A stretch of DNA of 64,000 nt, from the NCBI RefSeq assembly GCF_006345805.1, contig NC_042998.1, forward strand, positions 14,694,001-14,758,000, given 5' to 3'. The notes below the pieces were generated by a model. The model had not been told where the DNA came from, did no database searches, and worked only from the letters and a program-made list of their open reading frames with translations. Of this stretch, positions 13,360 to 25,764 are shown one piece after another. This DNA is from Octopus sinensis (Eukaryota). Numbering within the stretch: the stretch's first letter is position 1; each line of letters begins with the position of its first letter. The position numbers and the translations under genes were made by a program.

Positions 13360-13523
13360 AGGGATTACTGTACATCAGTCTCAGTGCTCGAGTGGTAGCT
13401 ATTTTATTAGCCCTGAAAGAATAAAGGGCGAAGTCGTTCCCGGCGGAATTTGAACTCAGAACTTAAAGACGGGGGAAATGTCGCGATGCATTTTGCCAGA
13501 TGTGTTAACGATCCTGCCAGCTA
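13360..13523 (-). mobile_element. SINE family B, diverged partial copy
   Basis: GGCGGAATTTGAACTCAGAAC and CTGCCAGCT landmarks on the plus strand. Confidence 0.75.
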
Positions 13524-13571
13524 ATTACCTAAGATACGAATTATATTATAGCCCGTAATACATTGCTTAGT

Positions 13572-14179
13572 GGTATTTCGTCTGCCGCTACATTCTGATT
13601 TCAAATTACGCCGAGGTCGACTTTACCTTTCATCCTTTCGGTGTCGATTAAATAAGTACCAGTTACGCACTGGGGTCGATATAATCGACTTAATCCGTTT
13701 GTCTGTCCTTGTCTGTCCTTGTCTGTCCTCTCTGTGTTTAGCCCCCTGTGGGTAGTAAAGAAATAGGTATTTCGTCTGCTGCTACGTTCTGAGTTCAAAT
13801 TCCGCCGAGGTCGACTTTGCCTTTCATCCTTTCGGTGTCGATTAAATAAGTACCAGTTACGCACTGGTGTCAATATAATCGACTTAATCCGTTTGTCTGT
13901 CCTCGTTTGTCCCCTCTATTTTTAGCCCCTTGTGGGCAATTAAAAAATAAGAAACGTTAGCCGGCCGGGCGAAATGCTTAGCCGTATTAGTCCCTTGTGG
14001 GTAGTAAAGAAATAGGTATTTCGTCTTTCTTTACGTTCTGAGTTCAAATTTCGCCGGGGTCGACTTTGTGTTTCATCCTTTCGGATGAAGGACAAAGTTG
14101 TGCACTGGGGTTGTTCTAATCGACTGGAACACCTCACCAAAAATTTTGGGGCATTGTGCCTAGAGTAAAAAAGATTTAT
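13572..14179 (+). mobile_element. SINE family B tandem array with internal partial head and terminal alternative (B2) tail
   Basis: Units start GGTATTTCG at 13572, 13766 and 14015; partial head at 13951-13988. Confidence 0.9.
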
Positions 14180-14209
14180 CAATTCATAATCAGTTCGTTT
14201 TCGTTTTTT

Positions 14210-14700
14210 CGGTAATCTTCATCTTCTTCTCTTTTTTCCTTCTCTTCTTCTTCTTCCTTCTCTTCTTCTCTTCTTCTTCTTCTTCTTTTTCTTCTCTTCT
14301 TCTTCTTCTTCTTCTTCGTCTTTCTTCTTTTTCTTCTTCTTCTTCTTCTTCTTCTCTTCTTCTTCTTCTTCTTCTTCTTCTTCTTCTTCTGTCTTCTTCT
14401 TATTCTTCTTCTTTTTCTTCTTCTTCTTCTTCTTCTTTTCTTTCTTTCTTTCTTTCTTCTTTTTTCGCTTCTCTTCTTCTCCGTCTTTCTTCTTCTTGTC
14501 TTCTTCTTCTTCTTCTTCTTCTTCTTCTTCTTCTTCTTTTTTCTTCTTTTTTCTCTTCTTTCTTCTTTATTATTTCTTTTTCTCTTCTCTTCTTCTTCTT
14601 TTTCTTGTTTCTTCTATCTTCTTATTCGTCTTCTTCTTTTCTTCTTTCTTCTTCTTCTCTTTTGTTTTTCTTCGTTATATTGTTTTTTTATTCATTTTCT
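14210..14700. repeat. (TTC)n degenerate polypyrimidine microsatellite
   Basis: Direct repeat; a CT-rich tract continues to about 15120. Confidence 0.9.
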
Positions 14701-15754
14701 TTTTAAGCTTTCCTCTCGCTCTTCGTCCTTGTATTGTTATTCTGATTTCTGTCTATTCTCCCTCCCTCACTTTTTCTCTTTCTCTTACTCACACACACAC
14801 ACTCTCTCTCTCTTTCTCTCTTTCTATCTCTATCTCTCTCACTCACTCCTCTCACCCAGTAAATCGCACACTCAAACTGTTTTTCTTTCCTTACTTCCCT
14901 CCCTGTCTTTCTCTATCTCTCTCTCTCACTAACTCTTCTTTCTTTCTCCCACCCTCTCTTTCTCTCACCTATCTTCCTTCTCTCTCGCCCCTTTTCTCCC
15001 TCTCTCTCATTATAACACTAATTATCTTCCTATCTTCCACTTTCTCTGATTACAATTATAATTCATATTTTTGATCCACCCTCGCCCACCCCTTCTAAAC
15101 TAGACTTCCTTTACCTTCCTTACTTTCTTTTTATAAACAACGGTATTTTTTTTTCTAACAAAAAAAAATAGCTATTTTTATGAGTAAATATATAAAAGAA
15201 GAGAAAAACCTAGCCTAAACGTCACGTTTAGCTCCACGTATAGATCGATAACTATGAACGGAAGTTTCGTTTCACGAGACATTGCTTATTGATCTGATCT
15301 CTAAATACTAGCATATCAAAGCAACTCCTCATATATTTTTTATTATATTTTTTTTTCTCTTATGGTTTGCCATCAACAATCCACACACTACAGTCTGTTT
15401 ATGCGGTCAATATGTATATATATATATATGTGTGTGTGGGTGTGTGTGTGTGCATGGTGGGTGAAGGGGTGAAGATATATATATATATACGTTGTGTACG
15501 TATCTATATATATTATAACATATGTATATATATATATATATGTGAATATATACATATGTTGTATATATACATATGTGCATATATACATATGTGTGTGCAT
15601 ACGTATTCCCTACTTACATATATATTATATATATATATATATTATATTATATAATATATATATATATAGTATGTATTGTATAATTATGCATATATATATT
15701 TGTATGTGCCTATATATAATCGTATATATATATACGAATATGCATATTTATACA

Positions 15755-15798
<44 letters not shown>

Positions 15799-16642
15799 GC
15801 ATATATATTTATATATGTATGTATATGTGTATGTATATATATATTTATATATATATACGTGTGTGTGTGTATGTATATGTGTATGTATGTATATGTAAAT
15901 GTATGCACGCTCAGTCATATGATATGAGTGCGAGTAGAGGTTATGTGTGCGTGACTGCTATCGGTGAAAGTGTGAAAGGGTGCATACATATACATCTATC
16001 TGTGTGTGTGTGTGTGTATGTGTGTGTGTTTGTGTGTGTCTGTGTGTGTGTGTGTATGTGTGTGTATGTGTGTGTGTTTGTGTAAATTTATGCACTTGTG
16101 TGTTGTGTGTATATATATGTTTACACAGAAACACACACTGAAACACAAATTCGGTTTCTAACATTGTGTTCTTTTAAAATTGTTGTTTCCCTTGTCAAAC
16201 AATTAGGTCACCAAAATGTTTGTATTCGCATATGTGTGTGTAGACAATCTTTCACGCATGCCCCCACCTAGGCACCAACCCACTCACACAAACACATATA
16301 CACACACACACACACACAGTAGAGCGTATCGATAAATGTAGCTGTGTGCATTGGCAATAATAAATGAATGGAATTAAAAACATACGACAAAAACACATGA
16401 CGGACGGAACAAACGAAAAGTAAATAAAAATTAACCCTCCATCAAGTGTCTATCCAGGAATTATGGCAGTTTCGGCGTGTCAGACAGGACTACATTCTCA
16501 ATGTGTGTGAGTAGTTGTGCGTATTTGTGAGTATGTGATGTGTATGCATCAGTGTGAGGTGTGTGAGTGCTTATGTTACTGCCCGTTCGATATATATTTT
16601 GAAACCGGTGTCATTCAAATGTGTGCCAAATCTGTATATACA

Positions 16643-17058
16643 TTCTTTTATTCTTTTACTTGTTCCAATCATTTGACTGTGGCCATGCTGGGGCACCGCC
16701 TTTAGTCGAGCAAATCCATCCCATGAGTTATTCTTTGTAGGCCTAGAACCTATTCTATCAGATTTTTTCGCCTAACCGCTAAGTTACGGGTACGTAAGCA
16801 CACCAGCATCGGTTGTCAAACGATGTTGGGAACAAATAGACACACAGACATACACACACACAAATATATTATATATATATATATATATATATACGACGGG
16901 CTTCTTTCAGTTTCCGTCTGTCAAATCCACTCACAAGGCATTGATCGGCCCGAGGCTATTGTAGAAGACACTTGCCCAAGGGGCCACGCAGTGGGACTGA
17001 ACCCGGAACCATGTTGTTGGTAAGCAAGCTATTTACCACACAGCCACTCGTACGCCTA
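16643..17058 (-). mobile_element. SINE family A, full length
   Basis: Head to (GAGTAAAA)-like tail present. Confidence 0.92.
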
Positions 17059-17066
17059 TATATACA

Positions 17067-17105
<39 letters not shown>

Positions 17106-17207
17106 TGTGAATTTGTGAGTTTATTGAAAAATAGTGAACCATACATACACAAACACACACGGACATATATTAAACAAATATATATGTATGTATGTCCATA
17201 TGTACGT

Positions 17208-17430
17208 ATACTCTCTTTTACTCTTTTCCTTGTTTCAGTCATTTGACTGCGGCCATGCTGGAGCACCGCCTTTAGTCGATCGAGCAAATCGACCCCAAAG
17301 ACTTATACTTTGTAAGCCCAGTACTTATTCTATCGGTCTCTTTTGCCGAACCGCTAAGTAACGGGGACGTAAACACACCAGCATCGGTTGTCAAGCAATG
17401 CTAGGGGGACAAACACAGACACACAAACAT

Positions 17431-17463
<33 letters not shown>

Positions 17464-17628
17464 CGTTAGGCTTCTTTCAGTTTTCGTCTAGCAAATCCAC
17501 TCACAAGGCATTGGTCGGCCCGGGGCTATAGCAGAAGGCACTTGCCCAAGATGCCGCGCAGTGGGACTGAACCCGGAACCATGTGGCTGGTTAGCAAGCT
17601 ACCTACCATACAGCCACTCCTGCGCCTA
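17208..17628 (-). mobile_element. SINE family A, full length
   Basis: Close to the family consensus. Confidence 0.93.
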
Positions 17629-17729
17629 TGTATGTATATTATTATAATATTATCCATGTATGTATAATATTATTTTTGCATTGATTTCAGTATATTAGAG
17701 TGTGGAGAGGTTGTAGTTTTCTTTTCAAG

Positions 17730-17755
17730 GTTGTTGTCGATTAACCTTGATCACA
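17730..17755 (+). CDS. Candidate micro-exon 4 (KLLSINLDH)
   Basis: ttttcttttcaag acceptor, gtgcgt donor, 26 nt, phase 2 to 1; an in-frame alternative acceptor lies at 17690. Confidence 0.45.
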
Positions 17756-18119
17756 GTGCGTATTTCGCTGTAATACATAACTTAATGATCTGCATTTTAA
17801 AATCTTTGAGCTATGGTGTACAACAAACTCGAAACACAAAAAAGGCGAAACGACGAAATAAGTTCACATATGCATTTTATTAGTTTGATTCTCGAAGGGA
17901 GACAATCAAAGAGTTAATGGTTATAACGTTTCGGAATTTATCCTTCATCAGAGAGTTCAAAAATAGGAAGAAAGACGAGTTGAGATATGAAAAAGAAGAA
18001 AAAAGAGGAAAAGTGATATCCAAGTGAGTGGTGGCATGGACGCTGGTCTATAAATTTTAATCGCTGACCACAAATAAAGAGTAAATTAAAATATTGATTA
18101 ATAGGCAAGAGAAAGAACA

Positions 18120-18585
18120 GATGCATAGACATGTGTTGGGAGTGCGTGTTTGGTGTGTAAGTTGGCGAGTGCGTTGGTGTGCGCGTGTGTTGGTGTGTGT
18201 GTGTTGACTTGTGTGTTGGAGTGTGTGTTGGCGTGTGTGTTGGGGTGTGTGTTGACGTGTGTGTTAGTGTGTGTGTTGGTGTGTGTGCTGGTGTGTAAGT
18301 TGTCGTGTGTATTGGTGTGTGTTGGCATGTATGTCGGCGTGTGTATCGGCGTGTGTTGGAATGTGTATTGGTGTGTGTGTTGGCGTGTAAGTTGGTGTGT
18401 GTGTCGGCGCGTGTTTCGGCGTGTGCGTTGGCGTGTGTATTGGCTTGTGTGTCGGCGTGTAAGTTGGCGTGTATATGTGTGTGTATGTGTGTGTGCGTGT
18501 GTGTCTGTATCTGTGTCTCTGTGTGTGTATGTGTGTGCATGTGTGTGTGTGTGTGTGCATTGTGTGTCTGAGTGTGCATGTGTGT
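18120..18585. repeat. Degenerate (GTGTGTTGGC)-type compound GT repeat
   Basis: Recurring GTGTTGG(C/T) units within a (GT)n background. Confidence 0.85.
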
Positions 18586-19433
18586 GTATGTATACCTTAT
18601 ACTATTCTCTAGGTTCTTAATATGCTAGAAACTTCTTTTCATATGCTCATCCACATTGCTTTACCTTGACACCGTCGAGTCCGTCTTCAGAACGTTTTTT
18701 CAACACGGTTTACGCCATAAAGTTGTGTAAGCTTTTCTCAATGCAATATGTCTTGCCAACACGATCTCTCAAGATTTCCTTGCGCAATCGTTAGCCCTAT
18801 GCAGAATCCTCGAGCTTGGCTTTCTTTTCCTTAATTTCTTGTATTGCCCATTGTGCTTCACTGGTGAAAAGAATCGAGTGCAGTTCGCTGTTTATTCTTC
18901 AATTCTCATTGCATTATTATTGATAGACTATTGCTGTACTTCACTAGAAATGATGCTCAAGACTTGGTTACCGATCATAGAACCCCGTTCATTTTTGCAG
19001 TGATAAATGATAGACTGCCAGAACCAGAACACACTCCAGCGCTATACAGCTTCTAAACCAATCCCAAAAGTTCAACCTCCGTCATATAAGATTAACATGA
19101 ATGACACACGAATCATACACTGGTCTTATCACCAATCCCAGAAAGTCCGTTTACATTATTCACAACATGTTGTACGATAGCTTAGTTTGCTCAGCTGCTG
19201 TCTATGCAAACCATGCACGTTGGTTTCAAAACCCCATGGTATTAGCCATTTGATCAGTTTTATGGATTTATCTGTCCAAAATATCTCATCCGCTTTTCTT
19301 AATCTACAAGGATATCGGTCTCTTTTGTATTCTTCCCACTCAGACCAATGTGTCTTAAATAGCTCATATCACTTTATTATTTTTTCTGAGTAAACACTAC
19401 CAGATCAATTGTTTTGGGGTTTTTTTTCATGGC

Positions 19434-19832
19434 CATAGGAGTGGCTTGCTTAAGAACCACATGGTTCCAGGTTCAGTCCCACTGCCTGGTACCTTGACAA
19501 GTGTCTTCTACTATAGCCTCGGGCCGACCAAAACCATGTGAGGGGATTTTCTAGACGGAAACTGAAAGAAACCCGATATATATACATATGTATATATATA
19601 TATGTGTTTGTGTATGTATATGTTTGCGTGTCTGTATTTGTCCCCCCAACATCGCTTGACAACCGATGCTCGTGTGTTTACGTCCACGTCACTTCGCTGT
19701 TCGGCAAAAGAGACCGATAGAATAAGTACTAGGCTTACAAATAATAGGTCCTGGGGTCGATTTGTTCGACTACAGGCGATGCTCCAGCATGGCCACAGTC
19801 AAATGACTGAAACAAGTAAAAGAGTAAAGAGT
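19434..19832 (+). mobile_element. SINE family A with deletion in head
   Basis: Head reads GGAGTGGCTTGCTTAAG and lacks the GTGTGGTAAGT segment of other copies. Confidence 0.9.
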
Positions 19833-19896
19833 AATAACCGATATTCTCCTGATGTGAAACTCTCTCGAGTAAAGTGAAAATATAATTCAAAAGGGA

Positions 19897-19940
<44 letters not shown>

Positions 19941-19944
19941 CATT

Positions 19945-20154
19945 CAAAATGTGACCGCGTGTGTACCGTTGGCGAATTTTTTCCTCTGTCTTCCCTTCTC
20001 TAGATCTTTCCTTCTCCTATGTTTCCGACGAAGAGCTCCGCTCGAAACGTTAAACCCTCCTTCTTTCCTTCTTTCCTGAGCGTCCAATAATACTATATTT
20101 GTTCCACGTCCTCGCGTTGTTGTGTTTTTTTGTGCTTTCATGTTTGGATTAACT
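19945..20154 (+). mobile_element. Short dispersed repeat family C with minimal hammerhead-like motif (possible Penelope-like pLTR derivative)
   Basis: Same boundaries as the inverted copy at 22570-22755; embedded in (TA)n; motif at 20021-20055. Confidence 0.7.
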
Positions 20155-21974
20155 TTATATATTATATAATATATATATATATATAGCGGCGTACGTACAC
20201 TTTGTTCTCTTATATGTAAGTACACATTTCACTACATTTTGTACGACTTTTTCAACTCTTTCTCCTCCCTCTCTCTCGCATTTCTTTGCCTTTCTTACTC
20301 ACTTTTCACTTCACTATGTGCCTGTCTCTCACTTTTTTCTCGCCAATCCCTGATTCTTCCGTCTATCTACTTCTACTCACTCCCTCTCACTCTCTCTCTC
20401 TCTCTCTTCTCCCCTCCTTAATTCCTTTGTTGTTCTTTTCTCTCTCTTCTCTTCTCACGTGACCGTTGGCTGACTGCTAGCCCTTTTGCGTCTGACCGTG
20501 GTCACTGCCACATCGATACTCTTCCCTCTGCCGTAAGGCTTCATTTCCACACACGCCAGTTGAATTCAATTCGTCCCCAGTAGAAAGACGCCTGTTGTTA
20601 TATCCTGTTATTATTATTATTATTAATTTTTTTCATTGTATTTTTGTATTTATATTCGTGTAACACCGTTTGTTTTCCGTCTTTGTTTCGTATACATTCG
20701 ATGCTTTTTTCCCAAGGAATCTAATGCACTTAGCTTAGTTTTATCTTGGGGCTGGCCAGATTGGAGCAATCTCAAGATTAATCAGCCGAAATTGCGAGGA
20801 TGAACCGGTTCTTGACTAAAGATAAAAGGCTTCGAATGACCCGTCTGTGTTCTTTTTACATCGTCTATCAGGATGTTTTGTTGTCCCTTTTTGTATCACC
20901 TAATTGTCCGGATGTTTTGTGTGTGTGCTGTTGAATATTTGTGTGTGCTTCTTTGTACGTGTGTGTGTATGTGTGTATGCATATATATATATATATATAT
21001 ATAAAATATATATATATATGTGTGTGTGTGTAGTATATATATACATTTCTACATTGTATGTATATGTGTGTATATATATATGTGTGTGTGTGTGTGTATA
21101 ATATAACTAATATATAAATATATGCATATATACATATATGTACATACCTACATATATATATATGTGTGTGTGTGTGTGTTGTGTGTGTGTATGTATGTAT
21201 ATATACATGCATATATGGGTACAGAACATCAAAAAAACATTGAAGACAATGAGAAACGAAAACATAAAAACAAAAACATAGAAACGAACTCTTTTTCAAA
21301 CAACGGAAAAAACAGAGAAACGAGAAATGTAACATAAAGAATATTTCCCTTCTTCAGTTGTCTCTGTTTCATCTACTCCGTACACACACCTACATTAACA
21401 CACATACACATATACACATATACATGAATATATACTTTACATACGTATTTGCGTGTGTGCTTGTGTATCTGTGGAAGGGTTTCTTTTTGTTTCTATGCTT
21501 GTGCATCTATACACACATACACACACACGCGCACACATACACACACACACACACACACTTAGAATTGTCAAACGTCATATATTTACTATTTATATATTTC
21601 TTCATTGCTCTTCTTGATTTTTTTATTTCATATCTTATCCTTGTCTAAAAAAATATACATGCAGTATCTAAGCCAAATGCTTTCTAAGCATGTGAAAATA
21701 TGTCCAAAATACATGTAAATATAAAACATACGGAAAAATGCATCTGTATATGTTGAAATGGGTGGTTTTTCGTGTCTCTATGTGAAGATAACTGATTTAT
21801 GAGGTAAAAAAAAAATTAGCGCAATATTATTGAAAGTTTAATATAGAAGTGTATATTGTTTTTCATACTATTAAAAATTTTACAACTGCACAAAATCCTT
21901 TTTTCTTTGTTTGATATGTTCGTAAATACATCTGAAACCTTTTCAAAACTTGTTTAACTTGTTGTGTAAAATAG

Positions 21975-21995
21975 TTAAAAGGAAACGCAGGGCAG
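21975..21995 (+). CDS. Candidate micro-exon 5 (IKRKRRA)
   Basis: aaatag acceptor, AG|gttaag donor, 21 nt, phase 1 to 1. Confidence 0.55.
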
Positions 21996-22085
21996 GTTAA
22001 GTACATTTTCAACTAGATTAGTAGAAGGAAAAAATGCTAGATTAGTTAAACACAGATGTAAGCTATTGAATTTTTATTCTTGCAG

Positions 22086-22125
22086 TCTATGTTAAGAAAA
22101 GACAGGGAACCGTTCTCAAATATAA
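22086..22125 (+). CDS. Candidate micro-exon 6 (VYVKKRQGTVLKY)
   Basis: ttttattcttgcag acceptor, gtatgt donor, 90-nt intron from exon 5, 40 nt, phase 1 to 2. Confidence 0.65.
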
Positions 22126-22270
22126 GTATGTACATACATGCATATGTGCAAGCATACGCACATACGTACATTCATACGTATACGTTTACATGTATATGTG
22201 GCTTTTCGTATGTATGTACGTATGTCTATGTATACGAAAACGCATATATATATATATATACATATGACGT

Positions 22271-22543
22271 GGCACTCCGTCGGTTGCGACGACGAGGGTT
22301 CCAGCTGATCCGATCACCGGAACAGCCTGCTCGGGAAATTAACGTGCTGAGCACTCCAACAGACACGTGTACCTTTAATGTAGTTCTGAGGAAGATTCAG
22401 TGTCACACAAAGTGTGACAAGGCTGGCCCTTTGAAATACAAGTACAACAGAAACAGGAAGAAGAATGAGTGAGAGAAAGTTGCGGTGAAAGAGTACAGCA
22501 GGGTTCGCCACCACCCCTGCCGGAGCCTCGTGGAGGTTTAGGT
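22271..22543 (-). mobile_element. SINE family E, 5'-truncated
   Basis: Matches the body and tail of the copies at 41914 and 50671. Confidence 0.88.
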
Positions 22544-22569
22544 ATGTATATATATATATATATATATCA

Positions 22570-22755
22570 AGTTAATCCAAACATGAAAGCACAAAAAAAC
22601 ACAACAACGCGAGGACGTGGAACAAATATAGTATTATTGGACGCTCAGGAAAGAAGGAGGGTTTAACGTTTGGAGCGGAGCTCTTCGTTGGAAACATAGG
22701 AGAAGGGGAGACAGAGGGAAAAAATCGCCAACGGTACACACGCGGTCACATTTTG
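22570..22755 (-). mobile_element. Short repeat family C, second copy
   Basis: Reverse complement of 19945-20154 with a small deletion and CpG-type changes. Confidence 0.75.
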
Positions 22756-22789
22756 ATAATGATAATAATATGTGTATCTATATATATAT

Positions 22790-23040
22790 ATTAATATGCA
22801 CAAGTTAAATGGCACCCATTTTCGGATGCGCACGCCCGTGCTCTTTCTAAAACTTGCACCATTACACCCTCAAGAGTTTCAGATCCGACTTCTTTGATTT
22901 CTCTATTGATGCTCTCTTGCAGTTACACCAGGGTCTCCGGGTTGTTGAAGCAAACCCTCTCTTTCAGGTATTCCCACTAGAAAAAATCTGGGCTAGTCAA
23001 GTCTGGGAAACGTGAAAGCCAATTGACATTGCCGTAGCAG
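22790..23040 (-). mobile_element. Tc1/mariner transposase C-terminal relic (left arm of inverted pair)
   Basis: Translates NWLSRFPDLTSPDFF*WEYLKERV..NNPETLV, similar to the WPxxSPDLxPxDFFLWGYLK motif. Confidence 0.8.
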
Positions 23041-23171
23041 ATTATTCTCTCTCCAAAGCACTGCCATAGCAACTGTATTGTTTCTCTTGCGGTATGAACA
23101 GTTGCCTCATCTTACTGGAATCATGTGTGAGGTCTGCTTCGAATGACCGGGCGCAAAAAGGTCTCAGTCAT

Positions 23172-23400
23172 GGATACCAGAAAGAGAAGGTTAACGTCAA
23201 CAAACCGGAGACCCTGGTGCAAATGAAGGAGAACATCAATAGAGAAATCAGAGAAGTGGGGTCTGAAAATCTTGAGGGTGTTATGGTGAAAGTTTTGGAA
23301 AGAGCACGGGCGTGCGAAGCCCAAAATGGCTGCCGTTTAAGAGATGTCATTTTTATATGTGATGTAGTAATGTTGCCAAATTTAACTTGTGCATATTAAT
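23172..23400 (+). mobile_element. Tc1/mariner transposase C-terminal relic (right arm)
   Basis: GYQKEKVNVNKPETLVQMKENINREI...RARACEAQNGCRL (ORF 23094-23399). Confidence 0.8.
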
Positions 23401-23486
23401 TTCCATTATGTCCTTTATATTGTATCAAAATTTCATGCATTTATTTGTAAAGTTAAGGAAGTTATTAAAAATTGAAACCCATACAC

Positions 23487-23857
23487 TTTTATTTGTTTTA
23501 GTCATCTGAGCGTATCCATGCTGGACACCGCCTGTAGTCGAACGAAGCGACTCCAGAACTTATTCTTTGTAAAAATAGTACTTATTCTATCAGTCTCTTT
23601 TGCCGAACAGCTAAGTTACGGGGACGTAAACACACCAGCATCGGTTGTCAAGCGATGTTGGGGGGACAAACACAGCACACACATATATACATTTATACAT
23701 ATATACGACGGGCTTCTTTCAGTTTCAGTCTACCAAATCCACTCACAAGGCTTTGGTCTGGCCGAGGCTATAGTAGAAGACACTTGCGCAAGGTGTCACG
23801 TTGTGGGACTGAACCCGGAACCATGTGGTTGGTAAGCAAGCTACTTACCACACTGCC
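23487..23857 (-). mobile_element. SINE family A
   Basis: Family landmarks present. Confidence 0.9.
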
Positions 23858-23901
23858 ATAACATATATATTATAAACTGAAAGAATATACGCACACACCA
23901 C

Positions 23902-23933
<32 letters not shown>

Positions 23934-24865
23934 TATATACATATATAAACTGGAAGAAGCCCGTCGTATCTTATATATATATATATTGTTAATGTATATA
24001 AACGTGTGTGAAATCATAGGAATTCAAATGAGTGGGTATTTGTGTGTGTGTGCTATTTGAATAATTTAATTTTGCCTCCATTAACAAAGGTTTCTTTTTA
24101 CATCTGTATACGTTTGGTGCTATTTCTCGTTTAACAACTTTGACATTGATATAAGGGGAGAGAGGGGGAGAAAGAGAGAGTCAGACATACAGATAGACAG
24201 ACAGCTAGACAAATAGATAAGATAGATAGATAGATAGATACATACATACATACATACATACATAATACATACATATATACATACACACATACATACATGC
24301 ATCCATGCATACATACATCCATACGCACTACGTACATACATACGTATATATTCTTAGCGAAAGATCATGAACTGATAAGTAAAAATGGTTGTGTGGACCT
24401 TTACATAGAGATCAATCTAATGGAGTCTCCACTTGGCGAAATCAGAACATAACAGACATTTAACCCTCTCAGACCTGGGCCGCTGCGTTTAACTTTATGC
24501 CCCAGTTGGGGTCCTGAGCAAACAAAAATTAAATAGTTGTATATACAATTGAAGAGTAACTATTGCAGACAAACTAATGGACGGAATCACAAGAAAAAAA
24601 TTCAAGAGAATACCAATAAGCCATTCTTTCAGCTACCATAATTGTTAGGCGAACTAATGGACAGAATGACAAAAAGAAAAAAATTCAGTTGAATAACAAT
24701 AATAGGCCTATATCTCAACTGCTGTATTTGTTCACTCGAATCGCTACTTTTCTCAGTACTTTCACCAGTTTGTCCGAATGGCCCGCTTTGCCAGCGTAAG
24801 AGTAAACTCACCTTCCAAAGAATTAACATCAGTAATAATTTCCTCAACAGTCTAGGTCTTGCTTG

Positions 24866-24939
24866 ACGTAAAGACACCAGCATCGGTTGTCAAGCGATGT
24901 TGGGAGGACAAACACAGACACATGAACACAGACACATGA

Positions 24940-25016
<77 letters not shown>

Positions 25017-25138
25017 TTAGATATAGATATACACATATATATGACGGACTTCTTTCAGTTTCTGTCTACCAAATCCACTCACAAGGCTTTGGTTGGCCCG
25101 AGGCTATAGTAGAAGACACTTTCCCAAGGTGCCACGCA
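24866..25138 (-). mobile_element. SINE family A, partial
   Basis: Central body with internal (TA)n. Confidence 0.88.
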
Positions 25139-25403
25139 TGTATGTATGTATTTGTGTGTGCACATATGTATGTTTGTATGTATGTACATATGATATATTT
25201 AAGTTCTCAATTAACGTCAAACAGCTCGCTAACAAAGTGACAAGACTTTAAAATATCTGGTTGTATCAGAGTTTGCATATATGTAATTGTTTGCACCAGT
25301 ACTTATGTTCTGCGTGAACTTGTTTCTTTAGTACTTTGATGTTTGTGCAATTGTCTGTGTGTGCATTTGATTAAATCATTATTTTTTACCTGTCACCTTG
25401 CAG

Positions 25404-25419
25404 ATGCTCACAACCAAGT
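25404..25419 (+). CDS. Candidate micro-exon 7 (KCSQPS)
   Basis: ttttttacctgtcaccttgcag acceptor, gtgagt donor, 16 nt, phase 2 to 0. Confidence 0.6.
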
Positions 25420-25624
25420 GTGAGTAATAAATTCATTTAAGGAATTTTATGCGGAGAATCTTTAGAATGTCTAACGAGTTTAGGTGTTGCCAATTAAATG
25501 GATTTTGGAAGATGAAAGTTCTTTTCTTTTATCTTCTTTTATGTACGCATATATTTATGTGTGTATCCATGATATTTCTTTGAGCTTTATTTAAATTCTT
25601 CCTGAGAAACGTCGCAACAAATTT

Positions 25625-25757
25625 CTACAGCTGTGTGAGCTAGAGCAACGGTGATATAAAATGTCCTTGCACAAGAACGCAACACACAGCTCGGTCAGGG
25701 AATCGAACTCACAATCTCGTGATTGTGAGCCCGACGCTCTAATCACTGAGCCATGTG
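25625..25757 (-). mobile_element. tRNA-derived SINE family F head with CORE-like segment
   Basis: A box TGGCTCAGTGA, B box GAGTTCGATTCC, then TTGCGTTCTTGTGCAAG; related to the head at 40204. Confidence 0.7.
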
Positions 25758-25764
25758 TGTATAT

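Noticed and set aside
15210-15226. 17-bp near-perfect palindrome CTAAACGTCACGTTTAG
   Set aside because: A single short palindrome is expected by chance in 64 kb, and there is no supporting context.
18640-19430. Possible RTE-like LINE relic on the minus strand (ILFTSEAQWAIQEIKEKKAKLEDS)
   Set aside because: Only one weak motif resemblance; too degraded to support without a search.
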